A stretch of 54,693 nucleotides of DNA. It comes from an uncultured archaeon. Its GTDB lineage: Archaea; Asgardarchaeota; Thorarchaeia; Thorarchaeales; Thorarchaeaceae. Shown here piece after piece: positions 1 to 10,738 of this stretch. The notes beneath the pieces were generated by a model. The model had not been told where the DNA came from. It saw only the letters and a list, made by a program, of their open reading frames with translations, and did not search any database. The stretch's first letter is position 1; each line of letters starts with the position of its first letter. The translations under genes were made by a program, and so were the position numbers. The DNA lies in the NCBI GenBank assembly GCA_964590575.1, contig CAZPWM010000009.1, positions 1-54,693 on the forward strand, given 5' to 3'.

Positions 1-46
1 TTCTCGGTGTAAGCGAGACATCATAGCCGGGCTAGACTACCGCCCC
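1..46 (-). tRNA. tRNA-Val(TAC), 5' part; 3' end runs off the window
   Basis: Reverse complement GGGGCGG-TA-GTCTAGCCCGGCTATGAT-G-TCTCG-CT-TAC-AC-CGAGA gives acceptor strand, D arm and anticodon arm. Confidence 0.9.
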
Positions 47-83
47 TGAAAGAGTTGGGTTTGTTATCTCAATAAAAAGTTGC

Positions 84-761
84 TTACATGTAAATTGCAG
101 TGATGTGGATTTCTTGACGTGTTTCCTCTAGGATTATCTCCTGAATTTGTTCATACCCGAGTTGGGAGATATCATCTTTGAAGGGTTTCAGTGTATCGGA
201 CTTATGGTTCGATTTGAAGGCTGCAAGCATGCGTCCTTCCTTTTTGAGTAGAGGTGTGAATTTCTCAATCAGTTTCAAAGTGCCTTCAGGGTCGGTGGTA
301 ACATCAACAAGAAGGAGATCAAGCTGTCCTTCGTTAGCGATAATAGTTGGGTCCATCTCAAAAGCATCAGCGAAAATAATCGATATTTTCGGATATTTCT
401 CTACTATGGCATGTAACTCCTCAGCAAATCTCTTAGAAAATTCAACTCCTATGACATTTGCACCCTTTTCGGCTAAATAAATCAGAAATCCACCTGCGGA
501 ACTACCAATGTCGAGAGCTATACATGCACTACAGACTAGTTTGTCCTGAAGTCGCTCATCAAGTTCTTTCAGCTTCTGAAAACCTTGGGGAACATCAGCT
601 TCAGTGCTCAACAGATCGATTTTGTCTTTCTCAGATACTTTAGTTGATGGTTTACATTCTCGTCCATTGACTGCGACTAGACCATCCTTGATAGCTCTTT
701 TAGCTGCTTGACGAGAGGAGAATTGGCCTGTTTCTACGAGCCAGATATCAAGTCTTGGCAT
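84..761 (-). CDS. TlyA/FtsJ-family RNA methyltransferase with S4 domain
   Basis: Start re-set to MPRLDIWL; S4 motif (SRQAAKRAIKDGLV) and SAM motif LDIGSSAGGF. Confidence 0.85.
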   Translation of the reverse strand: MPRLDIWLVETGQFSSRQAAKRAIKDGLVAVNGRECKPSTKVSEKDKIDLLSTEADVPQGFQKLKELDERLQDKLVCSACIALDIGSSAGGFLIYLAEKGANVIGVEFSKRFAEELHAIVEKYPKISIIFADAFEMDPTIIANEGQLDLLLVDVTTDPEGTLKLIEKFTPLLKKEGRMLAAFKSNHKSDTLKPFKDDISQLGYEQIQEIILEETRQEIHITAIYM

Positions 762-1518
762 TATGTTTTGCTCCAAGTTCTTTTGGTATGAAAAGATGCA
801 TTGGAACACCTCTAAGTCTAGGACCAATTGCAGCAAGTATTCCAGAAGCATGTGTGCTTCTTTTACATCTAAGAGAAAACTCGAACTTGCCAAGCTGTTC
901 TATCTCGTAGATATCTTCTCTATGGTTTGCTTTCTTCAGTGAACTTTCTATTTGACTTCGATTGGCGCCAAATATCAAGAGTCGTTCATGATCATCCTGT
1001 ATCCATTCTGAAATACGTGTCAGTGTGGATTGATTGAATTCAGCTTCTACCTTATTATTGTACAAATCGATGCCTGTGAGATTTACCTCAACTGGAAGAT
1101 AATCTACAAGAACAAAAGCCTCTGTGATTGTCCTTAAAGAACTGTGCAAATCAAGTTGTTCACGTAACCGATGAAGTGGGATTAGTGCATCCATTTGTTT
1201 CGAGTTAGTGACCCCTATATCTGAATATAGTCCATAACCTACCTTTCCAACATCTATGAGCTGGCTGAGGTAAGTTTTGTTTGGAACTAGGTTATCTGAT
1301 TGGATAGACCTGCCATACTCCTTAGCGAGTGCATTGGCTACAAACTCCTCATCTTCGCCGTTGATATTCACAACAATGTGATTCTTCTTGTCGGTACCTA
1401 AACTTGTAATCTGTGCATTAAGTTCAGCTACCAATTCAGAAATCTCAGATCTGATTGTTTCCAGCAGTCGACCTCTATATGCGCCATATGCCTTTGAAAA
1501 CAAAACAACAGTCTTCAA
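748..1518 (-). CDS. DUF2110-family protein
   Basis: GKVGYGLYSDIG motif; usual archaeal neighbour of tfe. Confidence 0.7.
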   Translation of the reverse strand: MKTVVLFSKAYGAYRGRLLETIRSEISELVAELNAQITSLGTDKKNHIVVNINGEDEEFVANALAKEYGRSIQSDNLVPNKTYLSQLIDVGKVGYGLYSDIGVTNSKQMDALIPLHRLREQLDLHSSLRTITEAFVLVDYLPVEVNLTGIDLYNNKVEAEFNQSTLTRISEWIQDDHERLLIFGANRSQIESSLKKANHREDIYEIEQLGKFEFSLRCKRSTHASGILAAIGPRLRGVPMHLFIPKELGAKHNAKT

Positions 1519-1599
1519 TTGAGAACCTCAAATTAGCTTCTCTGAGATGTGCTAAGTACCTTTTGTAATACAAGTGAACAATAAAAGATGGTAAATCCG

Positions 1600-2133
1600 C
1601 TATGTGAATGCTTCTAAGTCAGCTTTGAGCTCTTCAACACGTTTTCTTAAGAATGAGATTGCTCTTTCATTATCTAAAAACTCTAGTTGACCATTACATG
1701 TGGGACAACGGAAAGAGAGGTTCATTGCCTCCTCAAATGGTACAGGAGACGAATCGCGGTTGACACATGAGTATAGATCATTATTGCTCTCATGTTCTAG
1801 TCTTTGTTCAAGGAGATTGAGTACCATTCGTTTCTTTCTATTGACTAAAGCTTGTGCCTTTTTTGGGTCAATTCGCCAGTAATACAGAAACCAACCAGTG
1901 TTTGCATCTCTGATTCGTCTATAAGATGCTAGATGATTATCATGTAGTTTGTATAGTATTCTTCGAACAATGTTTAGCTTGAGATCAGTCTTAGTTGCAA
2001 TTTCTTCATCAGTGGTTTCTTCTGCATTGACGAGGACAGTCGATACATCTACCCCTTCCTTACCAGCAATTTCCTCAACAACAAGTCGGAAGAGGTCATG
2101 ATTGAAATTCGTATGAACCATTGATGTAATCAC
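1600..2133 (-). CDS. tfe: Transcription factor E (TFIIE alpha)
   Basis: wHTH (TDEEIA..LNIVRRILYKL, GWFLYYW) plus Zn ribbon FRCPTC. Confidence 0.95.
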   Translation of the reverse strand: MITSMVHTNFNHDLFRLVVEEIAGKEGVDVSTVLVNAEETTDEEIATKTDLKLNIVRRILYKLHDNHLASYRRIRDANTGWFLYYWRIDPKKAQALVNRKKRMVLNLLEQRLEHESNNDLYSCVNRDSSPVPFEEAMNLSFRCPTCNGQLEFLDNERAISFLRKRVEELKADLEAFT

Positions 2134-2233
2134 CTAAGTGTGTAATATAGCTAGTCGACTGACCCAATTAACGGCGAAAACATCCGCAGTGGAAATTTAC
2201 ACCTATAGTATTATACGTCCAAATACTATATAT

Positions 2234-2812
2234 TCACTTCGCTTCGGTACCTTCTTGACGCGCCTTCTGCGATTTTTTCCTCTTCACGATAACTCTATCA
2301 CCGAGAGTGGGACCTGCGCTGGTTTTGTCTTTACTTACCTTGATTGGTGCAGTTCCAACAGGTTCTAAGAGAGATATCTCAAGTTCTCTTTCAAGACCGC
2401 GTATGGTTTTTCCTATGGGTTTCAATCGACCGGTTTCAATTGATTGCAGTGTTGAGATTCGTTCTCCAATCTTCTGAGCAAGTTCTTCTTGGGAGAGCTG
2501 TTTCCTTTGTCTAGCTGCACGGATTGCTTTGTCATAGTCCTCTATCAATTCCATGTCATCAATTAAGACACCAGACCTAGGTTTGGGTTTAGAAGCAGAA
2601 ACTCGCTTAGGTTGAGTAGGTGTTGATATTTCAGGATCCCCAATCCAAGATGGACGAGTTCGAGGAGCTGATGATAATCGAGATTCCGAAGATGTGGGTT
2701 GGTTACCGAATTTAGCAGAGCACTGTGGGCAGACTAGCATTGCAGCTCCTTCAATTATTACGTTTCGACCGCGACCCTTCATGTTTCTGCCACATAATTC
2801 ACAACTGGGCAC
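2234..2812 (-). CDS. mbf1: Archaeal multiprotein bridging factor 1 (Zn ribbon + HTH)
   Basis: CELCG...VCPQC and HTH LSQEELAQKI..IETG; conserved position next to pan. Confidence 0.9.
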   Translation of the reverse strand: MPSCELCGRNMKGRGRNVIIEGAAMLVCPQCSAKFGNQPTSSESRLSSAPRTRPSWIGDPEISTPTQPKRVSASKPKPRSGVLIDDMELIEDYDKAIRAARQRKQLSQEELAQKIGERISTLQSIETGRLKPIGKTIRGLERELEISLLEPVGTAPIKVSKDKTSAGPTLGDRVIVKRKKSQKARQEGTEAK

Positions 2813-2956
2813 AGCAGATTCCCTCTGGTTGTTAATGAATCAGGGGGTGTTGATAAAGATTGCCGATTGTTAACATAGTCAAGCTGTATAATGATTGGCT
2901 CCCTCAAAGCAATCCTTAAAACATCTACAGTTGATGAAGTCCTGAGGTGCCATCCA

Positions 2957-4159
2957 TTGCCAGGGACTACAGATACAAAGGACGAAGGTAGTGTCGATGA
3001 TTCGGCTTATTCACAGAGCTATACAAGGCATCTAGAACGTAGACTCAGGGCATTGGAAACGGAGAAACAGATACTCCAAGCTGAACGAAGTCGGCTTGAG
3101 AAAGAAACCCAAACCTTGAGAACTGAACTAGAAAAGCTGAGACAATCACCTCTAATTACTGCTACAATAACTGAAATGCTTGAGGATGGTAGAGCTATAG
3201 TCAAGAGTTCCACAGGTCCGAATTTTGTAGTTCATGTAGCCTCATCAATTACTAAGGACAAACTTCAACCTGGAGCGTTGGTGGCACTTAATCAGAGATC
3301 ATTCGCAATTACGCAAGAACTTCCACCATCTCGGGATCCAATAATACGAGCAATGGAAATTGAAGAAGCGCCTAATGTATCATACCTAGATATTGGAGGA
3401 CTCCAAGATCAACTTCGAGAAATTCGAGAAACTGTAGAACTTCCACTTTTAAAACCTGAATTGTTTGAAGAAGTTGGTATTGAACCACCAAAGGGAGTAT
3501 TGCTTACAGGTAAACCAGGAACTGGTAAGACTCTATGTGCTCGTGCAGTTGCTCATGAAACAAATGCCACTTTCATTCGTGTCATTGGCTCTGAGCTTGT
3601 TCAGAAGTTCATAGGTGAAGGAGCTCGTTTCGTTCGGGAGATATTTATGCTTGCAAAGGAGAAGGCACCAGCAATCATCTTTGTTGATGAACTCGATGCA
3701 GTGGGTTCTCATAGGCTTGATATCGCTACCTCGGGAGATAGGGAAGTACAACGTACATTAATGCAGCTTCTAAGCGAACTGGATGGCTTTGAGAGTCGTG
3801 GTCAAGTGGCTGTTTTGGGTGCAACAAATCGTCCAGATATTTTGGATCCTGCACTTCTAAGACCAGGTCGGTTTGATCGAATTATTGAATTCCCATTACC
3901 TGATGATTTGAGTAGAAAAGAGATTTTCAAGATTCATATCCGAGGAATGAATATAGATAATGAAATAGATTTCAATCAGTTGCTTTCTGTGACTCAGGGC
4001 AGAACTGGTGCGGACATCAAGACAATATGTACTGAAGCAGGGATGTTTGCGATTCGTGATGAAAGAACATGCGTCACTCAGGATGATTTCCGAAAAGCTA
4101 TATCCAAAGTCCAAGAACGAGGATTGGGTGATGGTGCTCCTAGTAATATGTACTGCTAG
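2957..4159 (+). CDS. pan: Proteasome-activating nucleotidase
   Basis: Coiled coil + OB + AAA ([21 protein letters not shown]), C-terminal HbYX motif (MYC); probable TTG start after GAGGTG. Confidence 0.95.
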   Translation: MPGTTDTKDEGSVDDSAYSQSYTRHLERRLRALETEKQILQAERSRLEKETQTLRTELEKLRQSPLITATITEMLEDGRAIVKSSTGPNFVVHVASSITKDKLQPGALVALNQRSFAITQELPPSRDPIIRAMEIEEAPNVSYLDIGGLQDQLREIRETVELPLLKPELFEEVGIEPPKGVLLTGKPGTGKTLCARAVAHETNATFIRVIGSELVQKFIGEGARFVREIFMLAKEKAPAIIFVDELDAVGSHRLDIATSGDREVQRTLMQLLSELDGFESRGQVAVLGATNRPDILDPALLRPGRFDRIIEFPLPDDLSRKEIFKIHIRGMNIDNEIDFNQLLSVTQGRTGADIKTICTEAGMFAIRDERTCVTQDDFRKAISKVQERGLGDGAPSNMYC

Positions 4160-4185
4160 TCAAGTCTAGCGATTTGTGAACAACG

Positions 4186-5016
4186 ATGAGGTACAAGGAT
4201 TTCCTCAGAAGCAAGTTATGTGGTATAGTTTCTCGTGATGTTATACTTCCTTCAGGTTTTCATCTTGTAGGACATGTTGCCCTAGTACATCTAGATTTTG
4301 ATACAATGGAGTATGCCTCACTTATTGGTAAGAAAACTTTGGAATATGATAAACGTATATTATCAGTAGCTGTAAGGACTGGGTCTACTGAGGGTATTAC
4401 AAGACTACCATCTTATGTGTTGGTTGCTGGAAATCGTAATACAATTACTACACATTTAGAAAGCGGAGTTAAATTTCAACTGGACCCACTTCGTTTGACA
4501 TTCTCAGGGGGTAATCGAAAAGAACGAACCCGTTTGTCTAAACTTGTCAAAGATGATGAAATAGTGGTCGATATGTTTTCATGCGTGGGACAATTTGCAC
4601 TTCATATTGCGAAAAAAGCCAAGGTAAAGGTCATTGCAATCGAGATTAATCCTGATGCATACTATTTCTTGCTTGAAAATATCAAGTTGAATGGATTAGA
4701 AAACAGAGTGACCGCGTTATTGGGAGATTGTTGTGAAGTGCATCCTAAAAAAATAGCCAATCGGGTTGTTATGGGATATTTGCATAACACGATTGAGTAT
4801 CTTCCCTTCGCTCTTGATACCATTGTGGAAGATGGAGGGTTTATCCATATGCATATGAATGCCCCCGAGTTTGAGCTGTCTGATATTATGATAGAGATAG
4901 ATCAGGTATGTAGGAATTATGGGTATTCTTCTACAACTAGTGTGTATCATGTCAAAAATTATTCTCCAGGCATGAAACATTATGTATTTGACATCGCAGT
5001 CACATCTGAAGCGTAA
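4186..5016 (+). CDS. Trm5/Taw2 (TYW2)-family tRNA-modifying SAM-dependent transferase
   Basis: VVDMFSCVGQF, IEINPDAY, NRVVMG motifs. Confidence 0.85.
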   Translation: MRYKDFLRSKLCGIVSRDVILPSGFHLVGHVALVHLDFDTMEYASLIGKKTLEYDKRILSVAVRTGSTEGITRLPSYVLVAGNRNTITTHLESGVKFQLDPLRLTFSGGNRKERTRLSKLVKDDEIVVDMFSCVGQFALHIAKKAKVKVIAIEINPDAYYFLLENIKLNGLENRVTALLGDCCEVHPKKIANRVVMGYLHNTIEYLPFALDTIVEDGGFIHMHMNAPEFELSDIMIEIDQVCRNYGYSSTTSVYHVKNYSPGMKHYVFDIAVTSEA

Positions 5017-5104
5017 TCGTTTTATCTATTACATTTCCAGCTGTGTATAATACAAGTGAATGTTACTACCTTCACTTTTTGAACAAGAAACTGGAGATAG
5101 ATCT

Positions 5105-5497
5105 ATGGGATTTAGAGGAATGTCACCTAAGCAAATTGAACGCATGATGAAGAAAATGGGTATTGAACAGAAGGATGTTGATGGCGTGAAAGAGGTGATT
5201 ATCCGTTTCGCTGATAGAGAGTGGGTCATCTCTAATGTTCAGCTCACTATGATTAAACAAGCAGGTAGTGAATCGTTTCAGATGTCTGGAACCAAGAGTG
5301 AAAGAGGACTATCTGGAAGCGTTGAGAGCAAATCTGATGTAACTCCAGAAGTTAAGATTGAAAAGAAGATTGAGATACCCATGGAAGATGCAGCATTGGT
5401 CGCCAGTCAAACAGGTGTTAATATCCAAGTGGCAAAACAGGCTTTGGAAGAAACTGGAGGAGACTTGGCAGCTGCTATTCTCAAATTAAGACGTTAG
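5105..5497 (+). CDS. nac: Nascent polypeptide-associated complex protein
   Basis: MSPKQIERMMKKMGI and C-terminal UBA (LVASQTGV..GDLAAAIL). Confidence 0.95.
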   Translation: MGFRGMSPKQIERMMKKMGIEQKDVDGVKEVIIRFADREWVISNVQLTMIKQAGSESFQMSGTKSERGLSGSVESKSDVTPEVKIEKKIEIPMEDAALVASQTGVNIQVAKQALEETGGDLAAAILKLRR

Positions 5498-5527
5498 ATA
5501 TTGTATTACAATTAATACAAACGAATA

Positions 5528-6172
5528 TTATTTTTCCTCTTGAGTAATCCAATCACGTACCATCTTCAGTCTGACAAAGTCTTCACGGTCGCGTTCTTCT
5601 AGTGCAAGCTTTACAAAACGTGCAGTAGCGTCGAGACGAGGAATCACTACGGTTTCAAGAGCTGACACTCGACGTTTTGTACGCTCAATCTCGAGAGCAA
5701 GACGTTTCACGGTTGATTCGATTTCTGCTAGACGTGTAATTGCATTCAGCGCGTCCTTGAATTTTTCACTCATCACATCAAATTTAGCACTCGAATCCGA
5801 GAGAGAGTAAGGAAGGTCAGGGGTGTGTTGTTCTACTGATAGGACCGGAACCCTAACGCCCATCATTGATCTTGTTGAGATACTAAGATTTGCTTCAAAT
5901 CTACTAGCATATGCAAATTCCACAACTCTAGCTGGACCCATTAGCATCTTTGCTTGAGTCAGTGCTGAGAAAGCCTCTGAGAGTGCAATATCCACTTTCG
6001 CTCTAGATTCTTTAATCTCTGCTATGGCATTAAAAAATTCCATTATGAGAGAGTCACGTTTCTCTCGAAGAAGGTCATGTCCTCTTTCAGCTAGTCGCAT
6101 CCTATTTTTTAGGGCAAGTAGTTCCATGCGAGTGGTTTTTGTGCCAGACAGAATCTTACTCATGGTTGTCAC
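5528..6172 (-). CDS. atpD: A/V-type ATP synthase subunit D
   Basis: TRMELL, GHDLLREKRD, RTKRRVSALE motifs. Confidence 0.95.
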   Translation of the reverse strand: MTTMSKILSGTKTTRMELLALKNRMRLAERGHDLLREKRDSLIMEFFNAIAEIKESRAKVDIALSEAFSALTQAKMLMGPARVVEFAYASRFEANLSISTRSMMGVRVPVLSVEQHTPDLPYSLSDSSAKFDVMSEKFKDALNAITRLAEIESTVKRLALEIERTKRRVSALETVVIPRLDATARFVKLALEERDREDFVRLKMVRDWITQEEK

Positions 6173-6234
6173 ATCTATAAAGAGTAGAGTATCGTGGTGT
6201 ATATCATAGCGGCTCTAAACTCTTGTGTTCTATA

Positions 6235-6513
6235 TTAGTGGAATGTGAAAGCTAATGCACTAATGATTATTCCAACAAAACAAATAATCAACCAGTCGCG
6301 AAGGTATTTCTTTATCAATTTTGGACGTTCATTGATTTGAGCTGTAATCACAAATGTGGCAGTGGAGATATACAGGAATGCAAATGGAAGAGCAACAGAT
6401 GTGTTGTTTAGTGGAACATCTGTTATCAGGATGATTCCTGAAAGGGCGCCAAAAATGAGGAAAGAGAAAATCATCAGCGAGTTCATGATGTGTTTAATTC
6501 GATCGACATCCAT
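6235..6513 (-). CDS. Small membrane protein (3 TM), unknown function
   Basis: Three hydrophobic segments; fills the gap on the - strand. Confidence 0.6.
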   Translation of the reverse strand: MDVDRIKHIMNSLMIFSFLIFGALSGIILITDVPLNNTSVALPFAFLYISTATFVITAQINERPKLIKKYLRDWLIICFVGIIISALAFTFH

Positions 6514-6695
6514 TCCAAGAGACTCCTATAATGCTTCTTGATTAGAGCTTGAGTTGAACACTCAGCCAGTTCATTCTCTTCAAAAAGGTTGTGTCTGAAT
6601 GACAAGATTTACCACAGGTTTTATATCAAGAATAAACGTTTGGAAATTGTATTACATGAAGTACTTGTGATACCATATCTTTAGAGGTCCGCAAA

Positions 6696-7670
6696 ATGAC
6701 AATCGCAATACATGAGAGTGCACTTATTCGTCACTTCAATACCCGAAAAGAGGTGCTTCGCGCATGGGAAGAGAAGATAGGTGCTAGATTCTCACCTTTT
6801 CGTGGCTTCAAGATGCCAGACAGTCGTTTGTACATAGAAGATAGTGACTTCTTGGATTCCATTGTTGACTTGATTATTACGAATGAACGTCATGTCTTTA
6901 TTCGAGGTCCAGTAGGTTCTGGTAAGAGTACCTTGATGCTTTTGGCATTAAGAGATTTACCTACACTGGCTGACCGTAAAGGCAACAAATTCATCACTGG
7001 CTATGTTGGTATGACCGGGCTCTATGAGAAACAGATGGCTTCTGCTATCGCTGATTCTCTTAGAATAAAATATCGAAGATCGTGGGAATCCAGTCAGATT
7101 ATTGATGCAGTTGCAAAAGAAAGTCTTCGTAGATATATCGAAGAACAGTGCCGTACCGCATTATTCATTGAAGATGTTGCAGATAATCAAGAAGCTGCGT
7201 TTCATAAGTTAAGATTCCTTGCGGATTTGCCGACTGAAGAAATGGTTGATACTTACGCAGGAGTCCTTGATGAACCCATATTCACTCTAGTTATGTCTGG
7301 AACGTTAATGTACTGGAATGCGATGCTTTCTTTCTTGCCGCAGATAGCAGATCGTACCGAACCTCTTGATGTTCCTCCACTCAATGATGCAAAAGCGAGG
7401 GAGTTCATGGGTCGTCGGATTGCTTACGCACGAGGACAAATTGATAGGTTCGATTCAAAGAACTTCGATATTTACCCCTTTGCTGAAGAAGCAGTGAAAG
7501 TCATCAATAAGGCAGCAAAAGGAAATCCACGTGATATACGAATGCTTGCACGCGGATGTCAACAAGTAGCAGCTGAGAATCTTAGAAATTCTGGAAATCC
7601 AGATGTGACTAAGAACATTGCTGAACTTGTTTCTGAGGCATACGCAACCTTACTCAGGGAGGTACAATGA
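6696..7670 (+). CDS. AAA+ ATPase (ExeA/Cdc6-like AAA_22 type)
   Basis: Walker A GPVGSGKST, variant Walker B LFIED, Arg finger (IADR), sensor II GNPR. Confidence 0.8.
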   Translation: MTIAIHESALIRHFNTRKEVLRAWEEKIGARFSPFRGFKMPDSRLYIEDSDFLDSIVDLIITNERHVFIRGPVGSGKSTLMLLALRDLPTLADRKGNKFITGYVGMTGLYEKQMASAIADSLRIKYRRSWESSQIIDAVAKESLRRYIEEQCRTALFIEDVADNQEAAFHKLRFLADLPTEEMVDTYAGVLDEPIFTLVMSGTLMYWNAMLSFLPQIADRTEPLDVPPLNDAKAREFMGRRIAYARGQIDRFDSKNFDIYPFAEEAVKVINKAAKGNPRDIRMLARGCQQVAAENLRNSGNPDVTKNIAELVSEAYATLLREVQ

Positions 7671-7671
7671 A

Positions 7672-7974
7672 ATGAGTTTACTTGGAAAATATAGAAAAGA
7701 AGCAGAGAAAGAAGATGAAGAGGAAAAATCAACAAGACTGACTACTGGAGAAACTGAATCAATAGCAAAACAAAGTGAACTGTTATCTTCAGTCCCAAAT
7801 AAAGAACGTAAAAGTCCTATCGTTTCTTTCTCTATTCCAACTGATCTTAGAGCGTGTCTCAAAGCAATCAGAAAATCAAAGGCAATTAACCTGAGTATGT
7901 GGGTAGAGAAACAACTACGTGAGGCAGTCGCACAGGAATTTCCACAGATTGCTAATGAGTATCTTGAATCCTAA
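7672..7974 (+). CDS. Putative ribbon-helix-helix DNA-binding protein with disordered acidic N-terminus
   Basis: SD GGAGGT; 1 bp after the ATPase stop; PIVSFSIP strand, helix, NLSMWVEKQLREAV helix. Confidence 0.65.
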   Translation: MSLLGKYRKEAEKEDEEEKSTRLTTGETESIAKQSELLSSVPNKERKSPIVSFSIPTDLRACLKAIRKSKAINLSMWVEKQLREAVAQEFPQIANEYLES

Positions 7975-8039
7975 ATATCTTATTAATTGTAATACTGGTA
8001 TTAGGAGTTCTAGATATTGACAAATAATCTGTATCAGAT

Positions 8040-9425
8040 TTATCGATGTATCTCTGCGTACTCAGCAACTCGTGCAATACAGAGTGTTGCCTGTGCAGGG
8101 TCATCATAACAGGGTATCTTATTCATTTCCAGAAGATCTTTTCCTGGTTTACCAACATCACCAGCTGACCATACTCCTACAATGGGTTTATCCATTCCTG
8201 CAGAGCGAAAACCTTCCAAGGTTCCTGCTGCGTGTTCTGTCTGCGTCATCCCCGCGAATGTTGGAACTGCACATATGACAAGGAGTATATCAACATTGGA
8301 ATCTTTCAATAGGAGTTCAGTAGCTATCTTGTATTCTCGTCTACCACCGCTTGCAACTACATCAATTGGATTGGTAATAGAAGCTATTGGAGGAAGAACT
8401 CGTCGGAGTTCGTCTTTTGTTTGTCCTTCAAGATGAGCAATTTCGAGGTTGAGATTGGACACTGCATCAGCCGCAAGAACTCCAGCCCCTCCTGTATTAC
8501 TAATAATACCAATACGATTTCCCCTTGGTGTCGGTTGATAATCAAAGAGTTTACAGATTTCAAATAGAGTATCTAAGGTTGGTGCAGTGACGCAACCGGC
8601 TTGACGTAACATTCCATCAAATACTTTGGTAGAACCAGCTAGTGATCCGGTATGAAACTGAGCTGCACGACTACCTGCTTCGCTTCTTCCACCTTTCAAT
8701 ATTACTACAGGTTTTACTTTCGCTGCATTTTGTAAGGACTCAAAGAGTGCTCGGCCCTCATCAACACCCTCAATATATGCTGCAATCACTGAGGATTTTG
8801 AATCCTCTCTGAAGTAGTTGAGAATTTCAACAAATCCAACATCTGCAGAATTACCAATACTGGCAAATTTACTCATTCCAATTCTCTTGGCTCTGGTGGT
8901 GTAAATGATCATTCCCCCAAGAGCTCCACTTTGTGAAATAAATGCAATATTACCCCTTTCAGGCATCATTGTGAATGTACCATTAAACAAACGACTATTG
9001 GATACTCCAACACAATTTGGACCAATTATACGAACTCCTGAGTCTTTAGCTGCCATTACTAGCAACTTTTCTAACTCGGCTCCTTCAGGTCCAGCTTCGC
9101 TAAACCCTCCAGAAATTATTACTGCATTTGTTGCACCTGCTTTTCTGATTTCAGGCATTAGTGAAGGGCAATATTTGGCAGCAACTGCAACTATCACCAA
9201 ATCAACAGTTTTGGGTAAGTTGCTAAGACTTTCGTATGCCTGTACACCCAATACACGGTCTCTGCTGCGTGTCACTGGGAACACTTCAATCTCAGAAGCT
9301 AATAGATTCATCAAAATTGAATTACCAAGTTTCCTGTAATCTGTAGATGCACCAACAAGAGCCACTCTCTTAGGATTGAAGAATGGATCCATGCTCTTGA
9401 CCAACTTGGTATCAGAACCGTTCAT
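8040..9425 (-). CDS. acdA: Acetate/acyl-CoA ligase (ADP-forming) alpha subunit
   Basis: VALVGAS, IIGPNCVG, SQSGALG, phospho-His motif HTGSLAG. Confidence 0.9.
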   Translation of the reverse strand: MNGSDTKLVKSMDPFFNPKRVALVGASTDYRKLGNSILMNLLASEIEVFPVTRSRDRVLGVQAYESLSNLPKTVDLVIVAVAAKYCPSLMPEIRKAGATNAVIISGGFSEAGPEGAELEKLLVMAAKDSGVRIIGPNCVGVSNSRLFNGTFTMMPERGNIAFISQSGALGGMIIYTTRAKRIGMSKFASIGNSADVGFVEILNYFREDSKSSVIAAYIEGVDEGRALFESLQNAAKVKPVVILKGGRSEAGSRAAQFHTGSLAGSTKVFDGMLRQAGCVTAPTLDTLFEICKLFDYQPTPRGNRIGIISNTGGAGVLAADAVSNLNLEIAHLEGQTKDELRRVLPPIASITNPIDVVASGGRREYKIATELLLKDSNVDILLVICAVPTFAGMTQTEHAAGTLEGFRSAGMDKPIVGVWSAGDVGKPGKDLLEMNKIPCYDDPAQATLCIARVAEYAEIHR

Positions 9426-9487
9426 GGGTCCACGCCAGAAATGAGTGTGATTTATGTCTGTCGTCAGAATTAGTATTCATCGTACTA

Positions 9488-10738
9488 CTAGTAATACAAC
9501 GACTTTTTCTTGCTGAGTCGGCTGTGTAGCTTCTTAAGCTTTCCGCGATTTCTACACTCTGTATTTAACAGGTCAGTAATAACATAATCCGCTTCTGGAC
9601 ATTTCTTGTAAACATTCTCAATTGATTTTATAACAACTTTTTCTATCTCAACACTTTTTTGAGCACACAATAACTTCGCAAGTGCTGCGATAGATGATTC
9701 ATGGTAGAAATTCCCCATGGCTAGGATAGCTGTAGTTGCAATACGTGTGTTCTTCATTTGTGATGATTTCTCTAGCGCGAGAATTGATTCCACGTTACGG
9801 ATCGCTATGTGTGCATTGATATGGTTGAGTATCTCTTTGTAGCCAGTGGCAGATGATGAGTTCTCGTATGCAGATAATGCTTCATCAAGTAGAGCATTGA
9901 GTAATGGTATCGAGTGTCTGCTTGCCAGCAAGCCTAGTTCATTTATTTCATGATGAATTAGATGAGTATGCATTTTTCTATACACTGTATTCGAGGGACG
10001 ATGCGATATGTCCCCGATTGTGTCTGCGAAAGAAGAAACATCTTCAATTCTTGTTTTAATAGATGTTGGCACTTGTATTACTGATAATACACTATCAAGG
10101 ATTTCTGAATTCACTATATTGCCTTTGATTCCGAGTTGTGATAGTGCAAGTCTGCCATACTCACTATACCACAGGGGATCTATATTTACTAGATTATCAT
10201 TCTGTTTTAGTGAAACACTCTGAATAATCTCATTACTTGTTTGGTTTAGTAAATTCACAGTTTCTTGAGAAACTGAAACATTGTCAGAAAAGTCGAAGAA
10301 TAGTGTGTCACCGGTTTGTATTTGTTTGACTGCTAATTCTTCCAGTCTGGGAACAAGAGCACGTGAGGCATCTACGAGTGAAGGTTCAGAATCAAGTTCC
10401 TTGAGAAGTTCAATTGTATCTATAGCGATTGGTTCTAGTCCATTGCATGATAGAAGTTCGAATATCATCTCTCTATACTTTAGTTCTTCCAGTTTTGTCT
10501 TGTCTTGACCAATGGAGATTGGCGAGGAATACTTCTGATTCTTTGCTTTCATTAAAAAATCAAGTGCGGTAGACCATCCATCGTCACTCTCAATTCCAGC
10601 AATTATATCTACTAGGTCTCTATATCGCCGGTCTCCAATTGCGTTTGTTATCATCAATATTTGATCTTGCTCATCAGATTCCTTGATACGTTCCCTAACA
10701 GCTCTGAAGAGTCTATCACGACTATTTTCATCAGCCAA
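9488..10738 (-). CDS. Hypothetical alpha-helical protein with C-terminal HEAT-like repeats
   Basis: 416-aa ORF; RIATTAILAMGN..SIAALAKLL HEAT-like pattern. Confidence 0.6.
   Translation of the reverse strand: MADENSRDRLFRAVRERIKESDEQDQILMITNAIGDRRYRDLVDIIAGIESDDGWSTALDFLMKAKNQKYSSPISIGQDKTKLEELKYREMIFELLSCNGLEPIAIDTIELLKELDSEPSLVDASRALVPRLEELAVKQIQTGDTLFFDFSDNVSVSQETVNLLNQTSNEIIQSVSLKQNDNLVNIDPLWYSEYGRLALSQLGIKGNIVNSEILDSVLSVIQVPTSIKTRIEDVSSFADTIGDISHRPSNTVYRKMHTHLIHHEINELGLLASRHSIPLLNALLDEALSAYENSSSATGYKEILNHINAHIAIRNVESILALEKSSQMKNTRIATTAILAMGNFYHESSIAALAKLLCAQKSVEIEKVVIKSIENVYKKCPEADYVITDLLNTECRNRGKLKKLHSRLSKKKSLYY

Noticed and set aside
2187-2196. CAGTGGAAAT mini-ORB-like word upstream of tfe
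   Set aside because: Lacks the left TTC arm and the G-string; single copy, plausibly chance
5528-6172. atpD separated from the ATP synthase operon
   Set aside because: Fragmented A-ATPase operons are common in archaea and the gene looks intact and ordinary
6696-7670. Calling the ATPase ParA/SegA or a second Cdc6
   Set aside because: No deviant Walker A lysine of ParA; too short and lacks the Cdc6 C-terminal winged helix
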